From Marsupella aquatica (lineage: Eukaryota > Plantae > Marchantiophyta): DNA of 64,000 nucleotides. This document shows positions 12,461 through 26,900 of this stretch, in pieces. The notes under the pieces were generated by a model. The model was not told where the DNA came from and ran no database searches. It saw only the letters and a program-made list of their open reading frames with translations. The position numbers and the translations under genes were made by a program. The stretch spans positions 18,177,292 to 18,241,291 of the forward strand of contig OZ316898.1 in the NCBI GenBank assembly GCA_973895155.1, read 5' to 3'. How positions within the stretch are numbered: position 1 is the first letter of the stretch; every line of letters starts with the position of its first letter.

Positions 12461-13774
12461 AGATGGAGGTGTAATCCTTTTCAATTTCAAATTCCTCAAG
12501 TCCAGAATTACCTCCAGAATTGGCAGAAGACCTATCAATAGGTGGATTTGCCACAAAGTTCAAATCACATCCTAGTGATTTGGTCTTGGCATGCATGGGT
12601 GATTTTTAAATTGTCCTTTGATAAAGGAGACAAAATTTTGCCTTGCTTTTGATTGGTAGGGGATGGACATGATAACACTTTTTTATTCTCAATATGGGCT
12701 CCAATAAACATTTATCTCTACCTTATTATCCCATCTGTATGCAACTTTTTGTGGTACATTTATTACATAGGCACCTCAAATTGTTTTGCATGTCCTCAAA
12801 GGCCTAAAATCAGGGTTCTCATCAGCCAAGATGTCCATAAAGTCCCAACATTTTTAGTAAGTAGCTTGAACTTAAGAGATCACACCAAACTATTTTCAAC
12901 TCAAAGAGAATTCAATCATTTCACCATCCACTCCAACATCGGAGTTTATCAACAATTAACATTTTGTAGGTTTTGTGGCACCTGAGTCAAGTAGTGGCAC
13001 CCTATGTAGGAGAGGTGGACCCAACAACAACCTCCTGCAGAGTTACCGTGTTTTTGGATTTCTGACAGCTGACCATACGACAGGCCTGGTCAAGTCCTGA
13101 ATTTATCTTTGGAGTCCATCAAGTCCATAAGATGCTGAAGGGGCCTGGATAAGTCCTTTTGAGCAAAAAGGAAAATTTGTCTGAAAACTATTTTGGCAAC
13201 CAAATTGATGTAAACAACTTTTTCAATTTTTTTCAAAACAGACACCAACACACACAAAGGTCATGAATTTTACGGATAGGCCTGCTGTAGACAAGAAAAA
13301 CTCCAAACTGAACAAAATGGCTGCCATTGTTCCTGCAGCTTATGAATTTCATGTCATTTCTACTGTCTTTGTAACTGTGGCAACAAAGTAGCATCATGGC
13401 TTCTGTACGTGGCTATGAAATTGTCAAGTGAATTCTTTCAGTGAAGTGGAGCATCTTGCAATCTTGTGAGAGTCCAAAAAAAGGAAAGAAACAAACACAA
13501 ATCTAAATTTGCGGGGTTTCAAAGTGTGGTGTGGTCTACCGGATGAGGAATTCTAAAGCAACCACCTCACAACTATATGAACAGTGGGAGATCAGTCCTT
13601 ATGTCTAGCAAGAATGGTGGCCCCATTTGAGTGTCCTGACATGCTTGAAGTACCATTAAAGTTTCATTCCTCTTGTATTTTGACAGAGTATGTTAATGGA
13701 GGTGTGTGTTACCAAGAAAGTCATGCTGGGATGGACATCATAACATCAGTGATGTCCCCAAGGATTGACAAAAT

Positions 13775-14106
13775 CAGGTTTTTACTAACCTGTCCCCCAA
13801 ATTACCCAATATTGTTAAGGTGCCCCCAAAACAAAATTAATTATCAACATGTCTCCCATTTTGTATTTGTATTAATATTAACATGTATATGTGTTCCCAT
13901 TACCATGTGGCAAGTTGCTACTGGATAGCCTGAGCCCATCACAGCATCCCTTGGCCCCATTTCATGGGCCTCGCTTGGCTACAGGAACCCATATATGAGT
14001 TTATATTAACCCAAATACAAAATGGGGGACAAGTTGATAATTAATTCTGTTTGGGGGACAATTTAATAATATTAGTTAATTTAGGGGACAGGTTAGTAAA
14101 AAGTTG
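13775..14106. mobile_element. Fold-back MITE, Mutator-like, 332 bp
   Basis: Inverted arms of about 120 bp (tttttactaacctgtcccc / ggggacaggttagtaaaaa); perfect 10-bp TSD ttgacaaaat at 13765-13774 and 14107-14116. Confidence 0.85.
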
Positions 14107-16359
14107 TTGACAAAATAACCATGAACTTTACAGAAACACCTGAAATTGCTTACATGTTGTACCAAAGAATACTTGTGAAGGCCAGGCAACTGGTGATACA
14201 CTGGTTTCAGTTGACCCATGTGATCACTATGTAGTCAAGCTGCTTCAGAAAATTGTCAAGTCTTGAGTATCGAGGGCATTTTCCAAAAACCTAACATGAT
14301 ATCTCGACATCTTGCTAGACAGGGTGTCAAGTCATCTTTTGATAGGTTACTTTTGAATTTCCTGAGTAATGGGATGATGTCTTGAGGTCGCCTAGGCCTA
14401 AGACTGTCAAGCGGTCATCCACACTCAGCCAGTTCAGTCTTAAAAACACACAATTTTCAGTGCATGTACAACCTTCAGTGACACTAACCTCCATATTAGA
14501 GTAGTTAAGATGGGCAATGTGCCAGTTCATCCTCGTATTACTTCTGTGTTCCCAAGGATTCCAAGTCAGCCAATGCTAGATGGAGTGCCAAAGGGCCTAG
14601 TTAAAATTTATGACAAACTCTGGTTACACTTAGAAGGGTTGCAAGGAATCTTCTCTAAATGCACCAAAATTGAAAACTATGTTGATTCACTTCATGGAGC
14701 TTGATCTGCCATCGCCAACACACTCTAGAAGCATTCCCCCCTTGATACCTCTATACTATACATTACACAAAGAGTTCTAAACCATACACTCTCATCCATG
14801 AATTCAAATTCCAAGTTTTGCACTTACAGTAGTGCAATCTCTAGTTAAGTGCACACCGGGTGCTTCTTGGGGGGAGTGTGCGCTTATTAGAGAGAGCTGA
14901 CTCTACAGTGTTGTCCGAAGGTATCAAATACAAAGCAAGGTTGCGATACGACGAAACGAATGTCTACAAGAAAGCTACAGCGCCGCGAGTCGAACACCTG
15001 ACCTCCGTGCGGATCATCAATCGGTTGTGACACGCCTCGAGTCAAAAGGACAGGGACAGTGATGAGGGATCCCCTGTGACACTGTCGGTCCTCCTCAGCG
15101 CAGACGGCGGACTCTCGTCCCTTACGCGTCCCCGTCACCGGTCCAAAGCTCGCCCAAGTCCCCTTCCAAGGACGCAGTAACCCGCCACTCATCCCTGCCT
15201 TCGGCGGTGCCTGAAATTTCGCATAATGACGTTGCTTTTTCAAATTTACGCATGACCCATGCGCTGATGCACATGCATGGACTCATGTCTCGGCATGGCC
15301 CAAGAGGTCATGCGGCCATGCCGGCAGATTTACAAAGGACAGCAGTAAAACTGAACGACCTCGCGGTTACCAGGATCTCCGACATTGGAGGGCCCGCGTC
15401 ACCGGCGTCACCCGCGAAGGGTTCAATTCCCGATGACCGGCTGCAGTCGGCAGCTCGAGCCCTCCGCCCCACGCTGCTCCGGTCACTCCGTCTCTCGAGA
15501 AAGGGTCGCATATTACCGCGATGATTGTTGTTTTGTAAATTATATTTTATGTTGAATGTTGAATAGCACGAGCAAGATTGTCGGTAATAGGTGATGGCGC
15601 GAGTAAATGCGACGGCCAGAATAGATAAAGAGAGTCGGACTACATGGGAATTAGCCTGGTAAAACTGAATGTCAAACACACAACATAAGAGAGAGTGAAG
15701 GACTTTGCCAGTAGCGCCAAGGAGGAGAGAGGGAGAGAAGGTGCTTTGGTGGCGAGCCTGGTATTGGTTGTTAGAGCTGGTTTTACAACCAGATTATCTG
15801 ATGGGACATACTGCTGCCCCACCTTGTTTTAGCAATGCCAATCCAAAAGAAATTTTATTTTGTTAGTGGTGATACAATCTATTCCTTGACCCGTTTATTT
15901 ATGATAACACATGCTACACCTTCTTGCTATGGGTGGGAGACATATGCTAATCATCTCTTTAAGCCACTCAGATAGCTGGCAGGTTGGCGGTTGGGTAGAG
16001 AGAAACTATGGATGGATAAGGTAATTCATTATCTACCTTGGTTGAAATTGGGGCCATGAGTGTGCATTGGATAACTATCTCTCCATCTAAACTTTTGATC
16101 ATATGGATGGAACTTAATATTACTATAGAGCAAAAGTCATGGATGGAGATGGCATCTGAAAGTACAGTAGCCCTCAAATGGACCCTTCATGACTTGAGAT
16201 TTCCTTGAACAAGAATGAGCAATGGGTTGGTCCTCCACTCCCTACTTTAAGACTTGATGACTGCCCTCAAATTACAAACTGCCAAAATTCCTACTGTACT
16301 TTTGGACATCCAAACTATAGTGAGAATGAAAATATGTAACTTTCATTTCCTACCCGTAC

Positions 16360-19300
16360 TGTTAGGATATGCCTCTAGTATAGCTTATATACTCTCATAG
16401 TACTATGTATACTTTAGTAGACTAGGATAACACTAGTTTGAGTTTCAGGTTCTCATAGACCATGGGAGGGGGTATACCCAAGGGGAACACAAACTTGTGC
16501 TCACACTTGAAGATGTGAGAGGAGGAGCTCTAGCATGTTGGCTATGGACCAAGACACTGTAATCCCGTTGAGTATTATTGGATTCCTCTCACGATCGTGG
16601 ACATAGCCCAGACGGGGTGAACCACGTACCTTCAATGTTGGAGTCTATGAATGTTTGTTCATTCGATATTGTCTCGGATATTGTCTTGTTCAGTCTAGAT
16701 TTATTCCCAAAAATTGTTATATGAGCTTAGGGATTGAGAATCAGCGTCGGGGACTCATCATGATCAATTTGTTGTTTTTCAATATGATTTGAGTGTGAAC
16801 TTTCTCCCAGGTGGAGTAGCACAAGCTCTAGCAATTCTCGTGCTGCATTGGGGGAAGAGTATGCAAGCTTTGAAAGTGGGAAGAGATTTCTTCATGGTCG
16901 ACGGCTTTTCGACGGCTTTCTTCAATGTACCTTTGCTTGTTTGTTTTGATTGCTGGTTTGATCCGGGTGCTCACATACGGGACGGATATCAGTTTGCAGA
17001 AATCGGGAAACACTTTGGTCTTGTGTGTGGTCAGGAATTTCAGTTTGAACTTTGCTGTTGAGCTCAGGCAGCCATAGCCGGGAGTTCAAGGCGGCGGCCG
17101 CACTGTGGAACGAATTAGGTCAATTTTCGAAAGTTGTTATCTTGTGGTGCGCATAGGCTAGGTGGAAAGAGCTCATCGCGCTCGTTCCAACGGTATAAAT
17201 TATAGATCAAACGGACATCGGACGGCAAAGATACGGGCCAGAAATTGCGGCGCATTTTTCGGGCGAAAACGGGGCGGATTTTTGACACGCGACCGGGTGC
17301 GTGAGGCTAGAGCAGGACACCACGCACACGGGCGCGTGAGGCTTCAGCCAGAGGAAGTATCACACGACCAGGTGTGTGATACCACAATCGCCAAGACTCA
17401 CGTGATTGTGCGCGTGATATTCAAACTTGAATATCGTGAGACTGGAATGTCCGTTTGACAAGCTGTTTTCGGATTTTGGTAGAGTGTCTTGTAGGCTACA
17501 TGAAGGTGATATAAATTTCTAGATTTGGTCACATTTATTTTTTGGTGGTTTTTTGGGTAAGCCTTTGGGAGGGGCCAACACAGTTTGAAAGCCGTGCAAC
17601 CACCTTAGTAGCAATCATGGTCAAGCTATGTCATGCAAACCTGCGTTTGTGCTTAAGCACGTACTTGGGTTTGAGCAACTACCCTAGTTAGTAATGACCA
17701 TGATTAGTTTAGGGCACTGCCAGGTCGAGACATCGGCAAGTGAACATTTGGCCCTAGGCTTGCGGCTCGGGACTCAACCCTCCTCTCCGCCACCTAGGAA
17801 ATGGTGGCACTAGATAAGTTAAAGATAACATGAAGAGTGGTTAGCTCCCAGATTTAGTCCATTTGTGGTTATCATCGTTGTGCACTCCATTCTTTTGTCT
17901 TTAGGCCCAGATCCACCCATTGGCTGAGAGTGCCCCTCGCAAATTTCCTTGTCTTGGGAGGTATTCCCATCCTTTAGGGTCTAGGGGGTATACCTCATTG
18001 GGTCTGCTTTATTCACTCCAATTTTGAAGTGAATCCCATTATAGCTCTTGCATTCTTGCTAGGGAGTGCTTGTTGATTATAGGAAGGTGGCCATTGCATA
18101 GTGTTTACGTTGATTACATAGATGGCAGTCGGTTTTTCATTGTAGAGCAGCATTCACGTTTGTGCTCTGCAATTTTCTGCCCATTAGTAAAGCATACTAC
18201 ACATTCGCTTACTCTAGACTCACTTTGTCTCACAATTTTATTCACTTCATTCACTTCAGAATTGTCAAACTTTGAAATCTAGGATTTTAGCTTGATAGAA
18301 TTACAAATAGAATATATATTTGGATCCCTCTCAAGATTATAAGTGAACAAGGTGATTCTAGTTTTTTATTTGGACTCCGGACCAAAAATTAAAAATACTG
18401 TACTATTTGATGATTTTTTAGTGGTGGGATTTTGATTTTGACAGGATTTTAATTTCAACGATATTTTGGATTTTGACTTGTTCTGGGAGGCACCATGGAG
18501 CACCAACGACGATCTGAGTTTGATTGTAGATTGGTGACATGCGTTGTGCGATACATTTGGGCAGATTTTGAGCACTCTGAGCAACAGCTTCCCATTTCTT
18601 TCCAGGTGCAATATTTTATTGGATCGCCTCAGCATTGTCATCAATCACTTTTGCAACGATTTGGGGATTGGTATACACATCACTACTCTCCGCTATTCCG
18701 GGCATAAAGTTTGGCCCCTACCTTTCACTCTAGTGCTAGTATCAAGGACCGCTCGGTAGTGCATTCACTCACTAGGGGTTTCTATCCACACCATGGAGTT
18801 ACTTCACGAGCATTTGAGATATTGACACTTTCTATCCGAGATACTGATCAGTTGCTCATACGGGTGGTTCGACAATCCATGCAGCAATCACGACCATATC
18901 CACCAGTCACCTCGAGCGAGGTCTCGCATTACCTAGTGGTGGACTATACATTGGCTGACTTGGAGGAGCTTGTGACTCAATTTCTACGTCATTTTGTAGA
19001 GGGGCTATTTGCGTGGGAGCAGTATGTTCGATATGCTTATGGTTGTCATCCTTGGGCCAATCGTTTATCAGTGGATGGTCAACTGCCCCTTTGGAGGCAT
19101 GAGGAGGCCTTTGAGGTGATTTCTAGCAGGCTTCGTACCCCATCTTCTCGACTACATCGTTGGACTTTTGATCTGGCTTGGCGACGGGTTGATGTAGAGA
19201 ATGATGATGCAAGTGATGGTTATAGTTTTGTGGATGTGAGTCTGTATCCATGGTGTACTATTGGACAATTACCGGCCCCTATTGCTCCTGGGCAAGTTCG

Positions 19301-20960
19301 AGGCCGTCCACAATATGTTTACCGCAATGGCACTCCACATCCAGACCATGGTCCTCTGCCATTAGATCTTTTAGAGATGGAGCGAGCGGAGCGCTAGTCA
19401 CATGTGTCACGCACTCATCCCTATATTGGCTAGTTTACATTACTATTTTGTTCCTTTAGGATATAATATAGCAGTTTGAGTTATTACCAGACTTTCTCAA
19501 AATTGTGTGTACTCAAAACTTTGATCTCTCTATATTCCATATCCATTGGATTGATCTATATTTTTGAGTGGTAAGTCTTTTATTTTCTGTTGTGGGTCTC
19601 CATAGATGGGTTGCATGTTGCGCCCTAGGGTTTTCCCATCACATTGACTTTCTATTTTTGATCTTACCCAAAAAACCATTTTTGCCAATTTATTGTCATG
19701 CATTTTGGTGTCAATTTCTTATGGGAGGTTGAAGAGCCCATATTGCCACTTTTACTCCCTATTGTGCGCTATTAATCGCACTAGACTATGAGATTTAACC
19801 CATTGGTTTATGCTACTAGCTATAGAATTCACTCATATCCTTCTATTACCATATATATGTGTCCATTAGCTTATGAGTGAATCACCCCACTACTAGTTGC
19901 GCAATCAGCCACACACAACTGCACGCGCTTGGAGCAGGAAGAGAATGTTTCACAATTCCTAGTTCTCCTACCACTTTTTCCACACTTCAAATTGGGGGGG
20001 GACACGAGGAGGCATTGTCACAATGTGAATCCGAAGAAGACAGTGAATTTAAGGACTATTCCAATTTCCCAACTTACCATATGGTAGGAATGTAGTCACA
20101 TGGTCCCGCATACACTTGCAATAATTAGAAGTTTAGTGGCAGACCACAAACTATCCCACTACGGGAGTTCAAAGCCTAATTTGTTGGAGTCATGGCAGAG
20201 TTGAAGAAGAAATATAAATCTAAGTATAATGTGCATTGTGCTTTCATTCAGCTAAAATGGTACCTATGCAAGGAAACACTTGCCACATATGAGCAGCATG
20301 AAGATACACCCGTCGATGTGGTTGGAGATGAGAGCCAACCCAGTTTATATTGTTGCCATCAAGGTTGTTAAAGAGCAACAACTCACATACTGCCTATGTT
20401 ACATATTGGGCAAAGGACCCAAACCAAAATGGGGGAGTACCACCAATCACGGTGACACTAACACAAACCTAGATCACAACAGTCACCACAGTGATTGCCC
20501 CTAAGGCATTGGTGGATCTTGGAGTCACAGATTTAGTAGCAAGCCCTCTAAATTAGTTTTTGAAAAAGGATACCCCATGGTGCTGGATTGTTGAACGACA
20601 TACTGCATTTGAAAAGATCAAAGAAGTACTAACTACAAACCTAGTTCTTTGTTGACCCGATTTGAGATCCCTTTCATCCTTCACACTGACTAGAGTGCTA
20701 TTGGCCTTGGAGCTATTATGGGACAACAAGATCATGGTGAACTAGAGTACATGTTGTTGCCTATGCTTCACGGAGTAACAACAAGGCATCAAACAAAGTT
20801 CTACTAACTCAACCCTGCAAAGGTGAGCTACTTGTAGTGGTATGGGTTGTGGTACATTGTTGGCCAAACTTGTATCGTAAAAAGTTTGTGTTGTTCACAG
20901 ATCATCAACCACTTAAATGGTTGATGACCGATGATAAACTGACCTGTAAACTAGCTAGAT
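16360..20960 (+). mobile_element. Decayed Ty3/Gypsy LTR retrotransposon: 5' LTR 16360-16712, degenerate Met PBS, extra ORF, gag trace, RNase H remnant; no 3' LTR found
   Basis: LTR homologous to 164-507; tgttatatgagc resembles the PBS tggtatcagagc; 20530-20960 encodes FEKIKEVL..PD..PFILHTD..VAYASRS..GELLVVVW..FTDHQPLKWL with stops and frameshifts. That all parts belong to one element is an inference. Confidence 0.65.
18495..19397 (+). pseudogene. Orphan ORF of about 300 codons inside the retroelement, with one internal TAA (18705-18707)
   Basis: ORFs 18495-18707 and 18711-19397 are in the same frame; no recognisable domain. Confidence 0.55.
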
Positions 20961-22039
20961 TCTACGTTTTCCTTTTTTTGTGTCCGTCTAGATGGGTTTG
21001 TGTTCTAAAGAGCCAAAGTGGGGCAATATCTTGATAGTGAGTGATCAACCTTGTGAAGTCATTGGTATTTGGCACCTTTGAGGTTCACATGTTAGATGGA
21101 GTTTTGGATGCGGTTGGCTATTAGGGTATAGCTAATGGAGTTTTGACAGTCTCTTAGGGCTCTCTAACGGGGATGAAAGGAAAGAAGCGGAATTTGTATA
21201 TTCAAGGAGGCACAACTATTCTTGGTGATGTTACCATGGTTTCACTGGAGGGGGATGATGTCCTTGGTAAACAACATGGTGTAAGTTTTGAGGTGTATAT
21301 ATGTATGCTCCATCTGACAGTGTGTTAGCTACGGCTAAATTCTAGTTAATAACTCTAGTTACATAGGGGGTGCATCTAAAACTAGCTCATTTTTGGAGCT
21401 CATTCAAAACTTGTCGGCACCCAGTTTGATCCAAAGGACAGAGTTGAAACTAGTCTCAAACCTAATACCCTGTGGATTAAATTGGACTGTTGGGTTTTGG
21501 TCTAGGTTGAGGACGGATATATCATAGAAGGACCTACTAGACAGCAATGGAAACAACAAGTTTGAGACACCCTAATAGAGTGGAGCCCTTGTTATCCCTC
21601 TACACAAATATTATTGTTCACTTCGTGCGGACAAAAAGTACTACCGGAACAGGCAGTTCCGGCCACGAGTTTCCCGGTGACCCTTCGACAACTCGATACC
21701 CGCAGCTTACCGCGATAGGCCGTTGCGTGCGCAGAGGCAGTAACTCAAAATTTGAAAAAACTCTTCCACTCTAACTGTTACATAGCTTTACTCTACACGC
21801 TGGATCCCGCAATTGACGACAACGGTGCAGTCCTGCAGTGGCAGTGCTACGTTCGCGTACCGTAGCGCACCGTCGGGGCCTCGGAGCGGAGACAGGCCTG
21901 CGCCGAAACGAACTGCGCGAGGGACAGAGCCTTCCCAGTTCCCAGGAGTCGATTTTACTGCTGGTTAAATTTCTGTATCACTTCGTCCACATACCTTCGC
22001 CCAAAACTTGGCTGGAGCTTTTTGAGTCTCGTTAGTGGG

Positions 22040-22760
22040 TCTCCCACTAAGTCACAGGCCTCTTATTCCCAATCCGATGGCTTTCCTTAAATCTAGGGAG
22101 GACTAACGATTAGGAATAAATACAGTAGATATCAAAAGTTTAAATTTGCCTCTCCCACCAAGTCACACTCTGATGCTATCTAGGGAGATTTAAAGTTCAA
22201 AAATAAATATTAAAGTCTCAATTTCCTAGCAGCTCTTCTTCATCCTTGTCCAGAGACCTTTGCCACTTTTGGCAGAGTAGAGTTTTGGGTCTGATTAGCC
22301 AAATCCCCCTACAAGTCACGTGTATAGGTTTTTCCTTAAATCTAGGGATATCTAACATTTTACTGTAGAAATTTTAAATCCAGAATTTTCCTTGCAATTT
22401 GGCTTCATGCTATTCCTTGTAACTTCTCTAGTACTAGCAAATTTTGATGTTTAGACTATGCTTTTGAATAAAGATGGGCAATGGGAATCTGGGTGCAGGG
22501 AGCTCTTGTGCAGATGCAAGGGCATTAGGGCCACTCAAAAACATTCACCCACAAAGTCATGGGACTATAGAGACCCCCAAATATAGTGAATACCTGGAGT
22601 ATCTTGCCTTTGGGGTCGTGGCATTTTGTTCTTCAGGAGTGTGACCCACACTCCTGTTAGTCACAACCTGATGGCTTTCCTTGAATCTAGGAACAGCCAC
22701 TATTCAGATCAAACGTAAGAATTTTTAAACACAGAAAAATAAAGTGTTCCTAGCACTGCT
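22040..22760. repeat. Degenerate locally repeated motif
   Basis: cccacNaagtcac and/or ttccttaaatctaggg-like motifs recur at about 22043, 22155, 22306, 22547 and 22660. Confidence 0.5.
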
Positions 22761-22815
22761 TCGTCAATCCCGGTGAAGTAAGATTAACTTAAAAATTACC
22801 CTGTACCTAAGGCAC

Positions 22816-22880
22816 GGGAGGGGAGGGGGAGGGGAGGGGGAGGGGCAGGGCGGAGGGCCGGGCGGGGAGGGGGGGAGGGT
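22816..22880 (+). promoter_or_regulatory. G-run tract (potential G-quadruplex / GC boxes) upstream of the kinesin gene
   Basis: More than 10 runs of 3 or more G with 1-4 nt spacers. Confidence 0.5.
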
Positions 22881-23993
22881 CGGTCCCTCGGGATGAGGAG
22901 CGACCACGACGACGAGAACGGGAGTGGAGCAGAGATGTGGTGCGACTGTAGTAGAGTAGAGTAGTAGTACACTAGTAAAGTGGAGTCTTGATGCGGAGAA
23001 GGAGTAATCGGCAGAGGCTGCATCGCGTTACAGTTCGCTCGAAGCACGACAAAGCCAAAGGGAGAAATTGTTGCGCCCGATCGAGCCATCGAGGAGTGTC
23101 TGTTGTAGGGTGCTATGACGGAGGAGGAGGAGGAGCAGCAGGAGGGAGTGTGGTGACTGACGGAGTGCGTAGGTGAGAGCGAGCGAGCGAGAAAGAGATT
23201 TTGAATTTCGGAGACCGTGCCCCGAGTGAGGAGGGTGGATTTGATTTGGTGAGGTTGGTTGTGCTCTAGTAGCAGCTGGAGTGAGTCTGTGAGTCTGTGA
23301 GTGAGGGAGTGATCGCGCAGGAGGAGAGGGGGGAAGGGAGCTGAACGGAAGGGAAAGGAAAGAAAGAAAGGTGAGGGAGGTGACGGAGCAGAGGGAGGGA
23401 TTCAGTTCGCTTTGGTTTGCGGTTCGAACGGATCGTTGCATTGATTTGCTTGCGAAGCGGGCATTTGGGCTGGTACTGGAACGAGGCTGGAGGTCTAGCG
23501 GGCGAAGGGACAACGAGGCAGGATGGATGCGAGCAGATTGGCGAGGCGAGGAGGTCTGATTACGCATGGCAGGATCAGTTGAGATGATTTTGTGAAAGAA
23601 ACGAAACGAGAGCCTGATGAGAGAGGTCGACCACCAGTCTGCCTAAAGACCGGAAGAAAGAAAGTGTGGGGGAGAAGAATCAGGAATGAATAGATGCTGT
23701 ACAGTAGTTTCGGTGAGTTAGTTCTTGTAATGGTCGTGTGGCTCTCGTCCTCAAGACGCGTTATTGATTGCTGCGCTGGAAAGAGTCGAAAAGGCTGCAG
23801 GGAACTTGTGTGATTGAGTGCCAGTGCTCCGTTACGAAAGGGCAAGAAAGGAAGAAGCCATAGGCAGGCAGTACAGTTTAGGTGACCTCTTGTGCATTGG
23901 CCGAAGAAGCTCAATGTAGAGTCTCTGGGTGCTTTTTGGTCCAAATCGCTGCGGTGATCGAGTGCAATTGGAGCGCTGTTCAGGAAAGCAGTT

Positions 23994-26900
23994 ATGGAAA
24001 ATAATGAGGGTTCTTCAACGGACGGAACCAATGGCGCTGCTGGGGTACCTGCGGAGAAAGACTCTACATTGGCCGTAAAAGTTGCCGTTAATGTCCGACC
24101 TTTGATTGGATTGGAGCGTGTCCAAGGCTGCAAAGATTGCATTACTGTTGTCCCGGGTGAACCGCAGGTAAGAGTCTTAGCACCTCGATGCATGAACAGG
24201 ACTTCTGCCTGTCACTTGTCCGTGGAACCCACGTAGATAATCAATGACAGAGTGATAGCTCAGGAAGCATTATCTGCTCAAGGAACGTCTATCTCTCATG
24301 TAATTTGTTAGCATGTGAACTTCAATTCTGATTGTGCGGAAGCTCAGTTCCTGCTCATGACTGCCCCTTGAATCAAACTCGACCTTCATTCGGGCTAGAG
24401 GTCTGACAATTGTGATCATGGCAGGAACTCTTCCCACAATGTAGGACCTTCTTTCTGTGTCTCATTCCTGCCCAACTTTGACGCCAATGTGGCTCCTCAA
24501 TATCTTGTGCGTGAATCGTTTTAGCATGATCAGGCTATCTACCCGAACTTTCCTAGTAGACTTGCTCTCCGCTTTAATTATTACAACCTTACGCGGAGTC
24601 GATTTGAGGAAAGGCTTTTCTCACCAGCATCCGCACGATGCACATCGGGGACCGGGTGCTCTTGAGTGGGTAGATCTTGAAAGCAAATAATGTTAAGTAG
24701 TTGCATTTCATACTGAGTGCCCTTCGCGTTCTTGCAGGTGCAATTGGGGCAGCATTCGTTCACATTTGATCATGTCTATGGAAGTACCGGCACTCCTATG
24801 TCTGCCATCTTCGACGACTGTGTTGCTCCCTTGGTCGATGGCTTGTTCCAAGGTTTCAATGCCACTGTTCTGGCTTATGGGCAGGTGAGTTAAATTGATA
24901 TCACCCATGACAAGCTCTAATTCAAATCTCAAATGTTTAACTGTTTTGCTTTTGGTCCTCCGCTTTTGTCGTGGAAGAAGGACCAGGTCCGAGCTCTAGC
25001 CTGTGTCTTAGGCGTCATGCTCTAGTGGGTCCTCGATCAACATGCCTGCGGGATGAAGAGACTCAGACGAGTGATTCAAGCTGCAGTGCTCGTTAGAGAA
25101 AGCTTGTGCTATCCTTTCGTGTACCGGCCTGAGGATATCGCACACCCAGATCTCACTTTCGTAAGCCCATTGAATGCTTCGCAGACGGGGTCTGGGAAAA
25201 CTTACACCATGGGAACCGGATACACCGTTGGAGGCAGCACGGAGGGAATTATTCCCAAAGTCATGGAAACTATTTTCGCGAAAATGGAGAGCCTCAAAGC
25301 GAAAGCGGACTTCCAAATTCGAGTCTCTTTTATCGAGGTAATTCATTCTGCTCGAGTGCGTGAGTGGGCAACGGTCAATTCTTCGCTCGAGCCTACAATG
25401 GGAGTCTCCTGGACTCGAGCGAGCGTGGACCCCTTTCACAAGGCTTAGTCGAATGAATCTGTGCATTTCGTCCGCAATTTACTTTCGCCATAGCTGGCCC
25501 GGAAGATGCGTACAACAAAGCAGTGAGAGTGTGTGTTCCTCCAACAATGTCCACCGCTTTCTACTGATGATGATTCGGACAACCGTGCAGATTCTCAAGG
25601 AGGAGGTACATGATTTGCTGGATCCTAGTCCCCCGCCAACAGTCCGAGCAGATTTGAGCAGCGGCGCTTTCGGAGAATCAAAGTACAGTGCGAAACCGGT
25701 AGTCCCAGGGAAACCTCCAATACAAATTCGAGAGACAACCAATGGAGGAATTACCCTCGCCGGTGTAATAGAGACAGATGTGAAAGCATTAGAGGAAATG
25801 GCACTCTGTTTGGAGCAGGGATCCCTCTGCCGTGCCACTGGCAGCACCATGATGAATACACGCTCTAGGTTGGTCAACGTCTAATCTTCAAAGGACCCAA
25901 TAGACCGTACTGCAATGCTGTCCTTGCGTTTGATTCCATCCCTTCAAGATTCTAATGTGTCGACTTGGTGGTATTGTTCAGTCGATCACATGCAATATTT
26001 ACAGTAACGCTCGAGCAACGTCGGAAATGGGACATGCTTCCGGACGGGGCCAACCCTTTGCTCGAAGATGCGACTGAAGACTATTTATGCGCAAAATTCC
26101 ATCTGGTGGACCTTGCTGGTTCAGAGCGGGCGAAAAGAACCGGGGCCGACGGTGTACGGTTCAAAGAAGGTTCTTTCTTTACTGTTGCAGTCATTGATTC
26201 AGAATGGTTGTCGTAATTGTAGGAAATTAGCGAAGGAAGAGCTTGACTCTGGCCATCTTAAAGTTCGCCAATCAATTTTCTTGCATGCTGCCCGTTGTGG
26301 ACTAATGAGCTGCCCAGAGAGCTTCGAGTACAACAGATGTTCCTCTAGGTGCTATGAATTGAAGATGATTCTACGACTTCCCATGACACTGTTGTCTTGG
26401 ATGATGCAGGTGTTCACATCAATAAAGGTTTACTGGCACTCGGCAACGTGATTAGCGCGCTTGGTGATGAGAAGAAGCGTAGAGAGGGTGGCCATGTTCC
26501 ATATAGAGATAGCAAGCTCACTCGTCTCTTACAGGTATGAGACGGCATTATCAAAGCCATTGAGTGTCTGTTGAGGTCCGATGGTTGGGAAGTCTGGATA
26601 GGTGATTAAAATTCATTCTTTTAGTCAAGGTCTGGTTTCATCCGCAAGGAATGGAGATCAGTCCTTGAAGTGGCAAATAGATCCCAGTCGATGTCAATGC
26701 TGGAAGATGAATATAGATCTGAAAGTCACTCATGTTGCTTTTCATTTCTCTGGCAGGATTCTCTTGGAGGAAATAGCAGAACAGTAATGATCGGTAAGCC
26801 ACTGCGACATTCGCTAAGATTCTCCTACATATTTTGAATACTAACGTTGACGGAAATTAATCATCGCTACTGTCAGGCAGGTCGGAAGGTTCCAATCCCA

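Noticed and set aside
15360-15445. tRNA or SINE suggested by the B-box-like GGTTCAATTCCCG
   Set aside because: No full T-stem, A-box or cloverleaf.
14909-15525. GC-rich LTR-like segment
   Set aside because: Only one terminus is plausible; no TSD or PBS. Probably TE-derived but not supportable.
23495-24193. 232-aa minus-strand ORF
   Set aside because: Antisense to the kinesin 5' region; no protein-like features.
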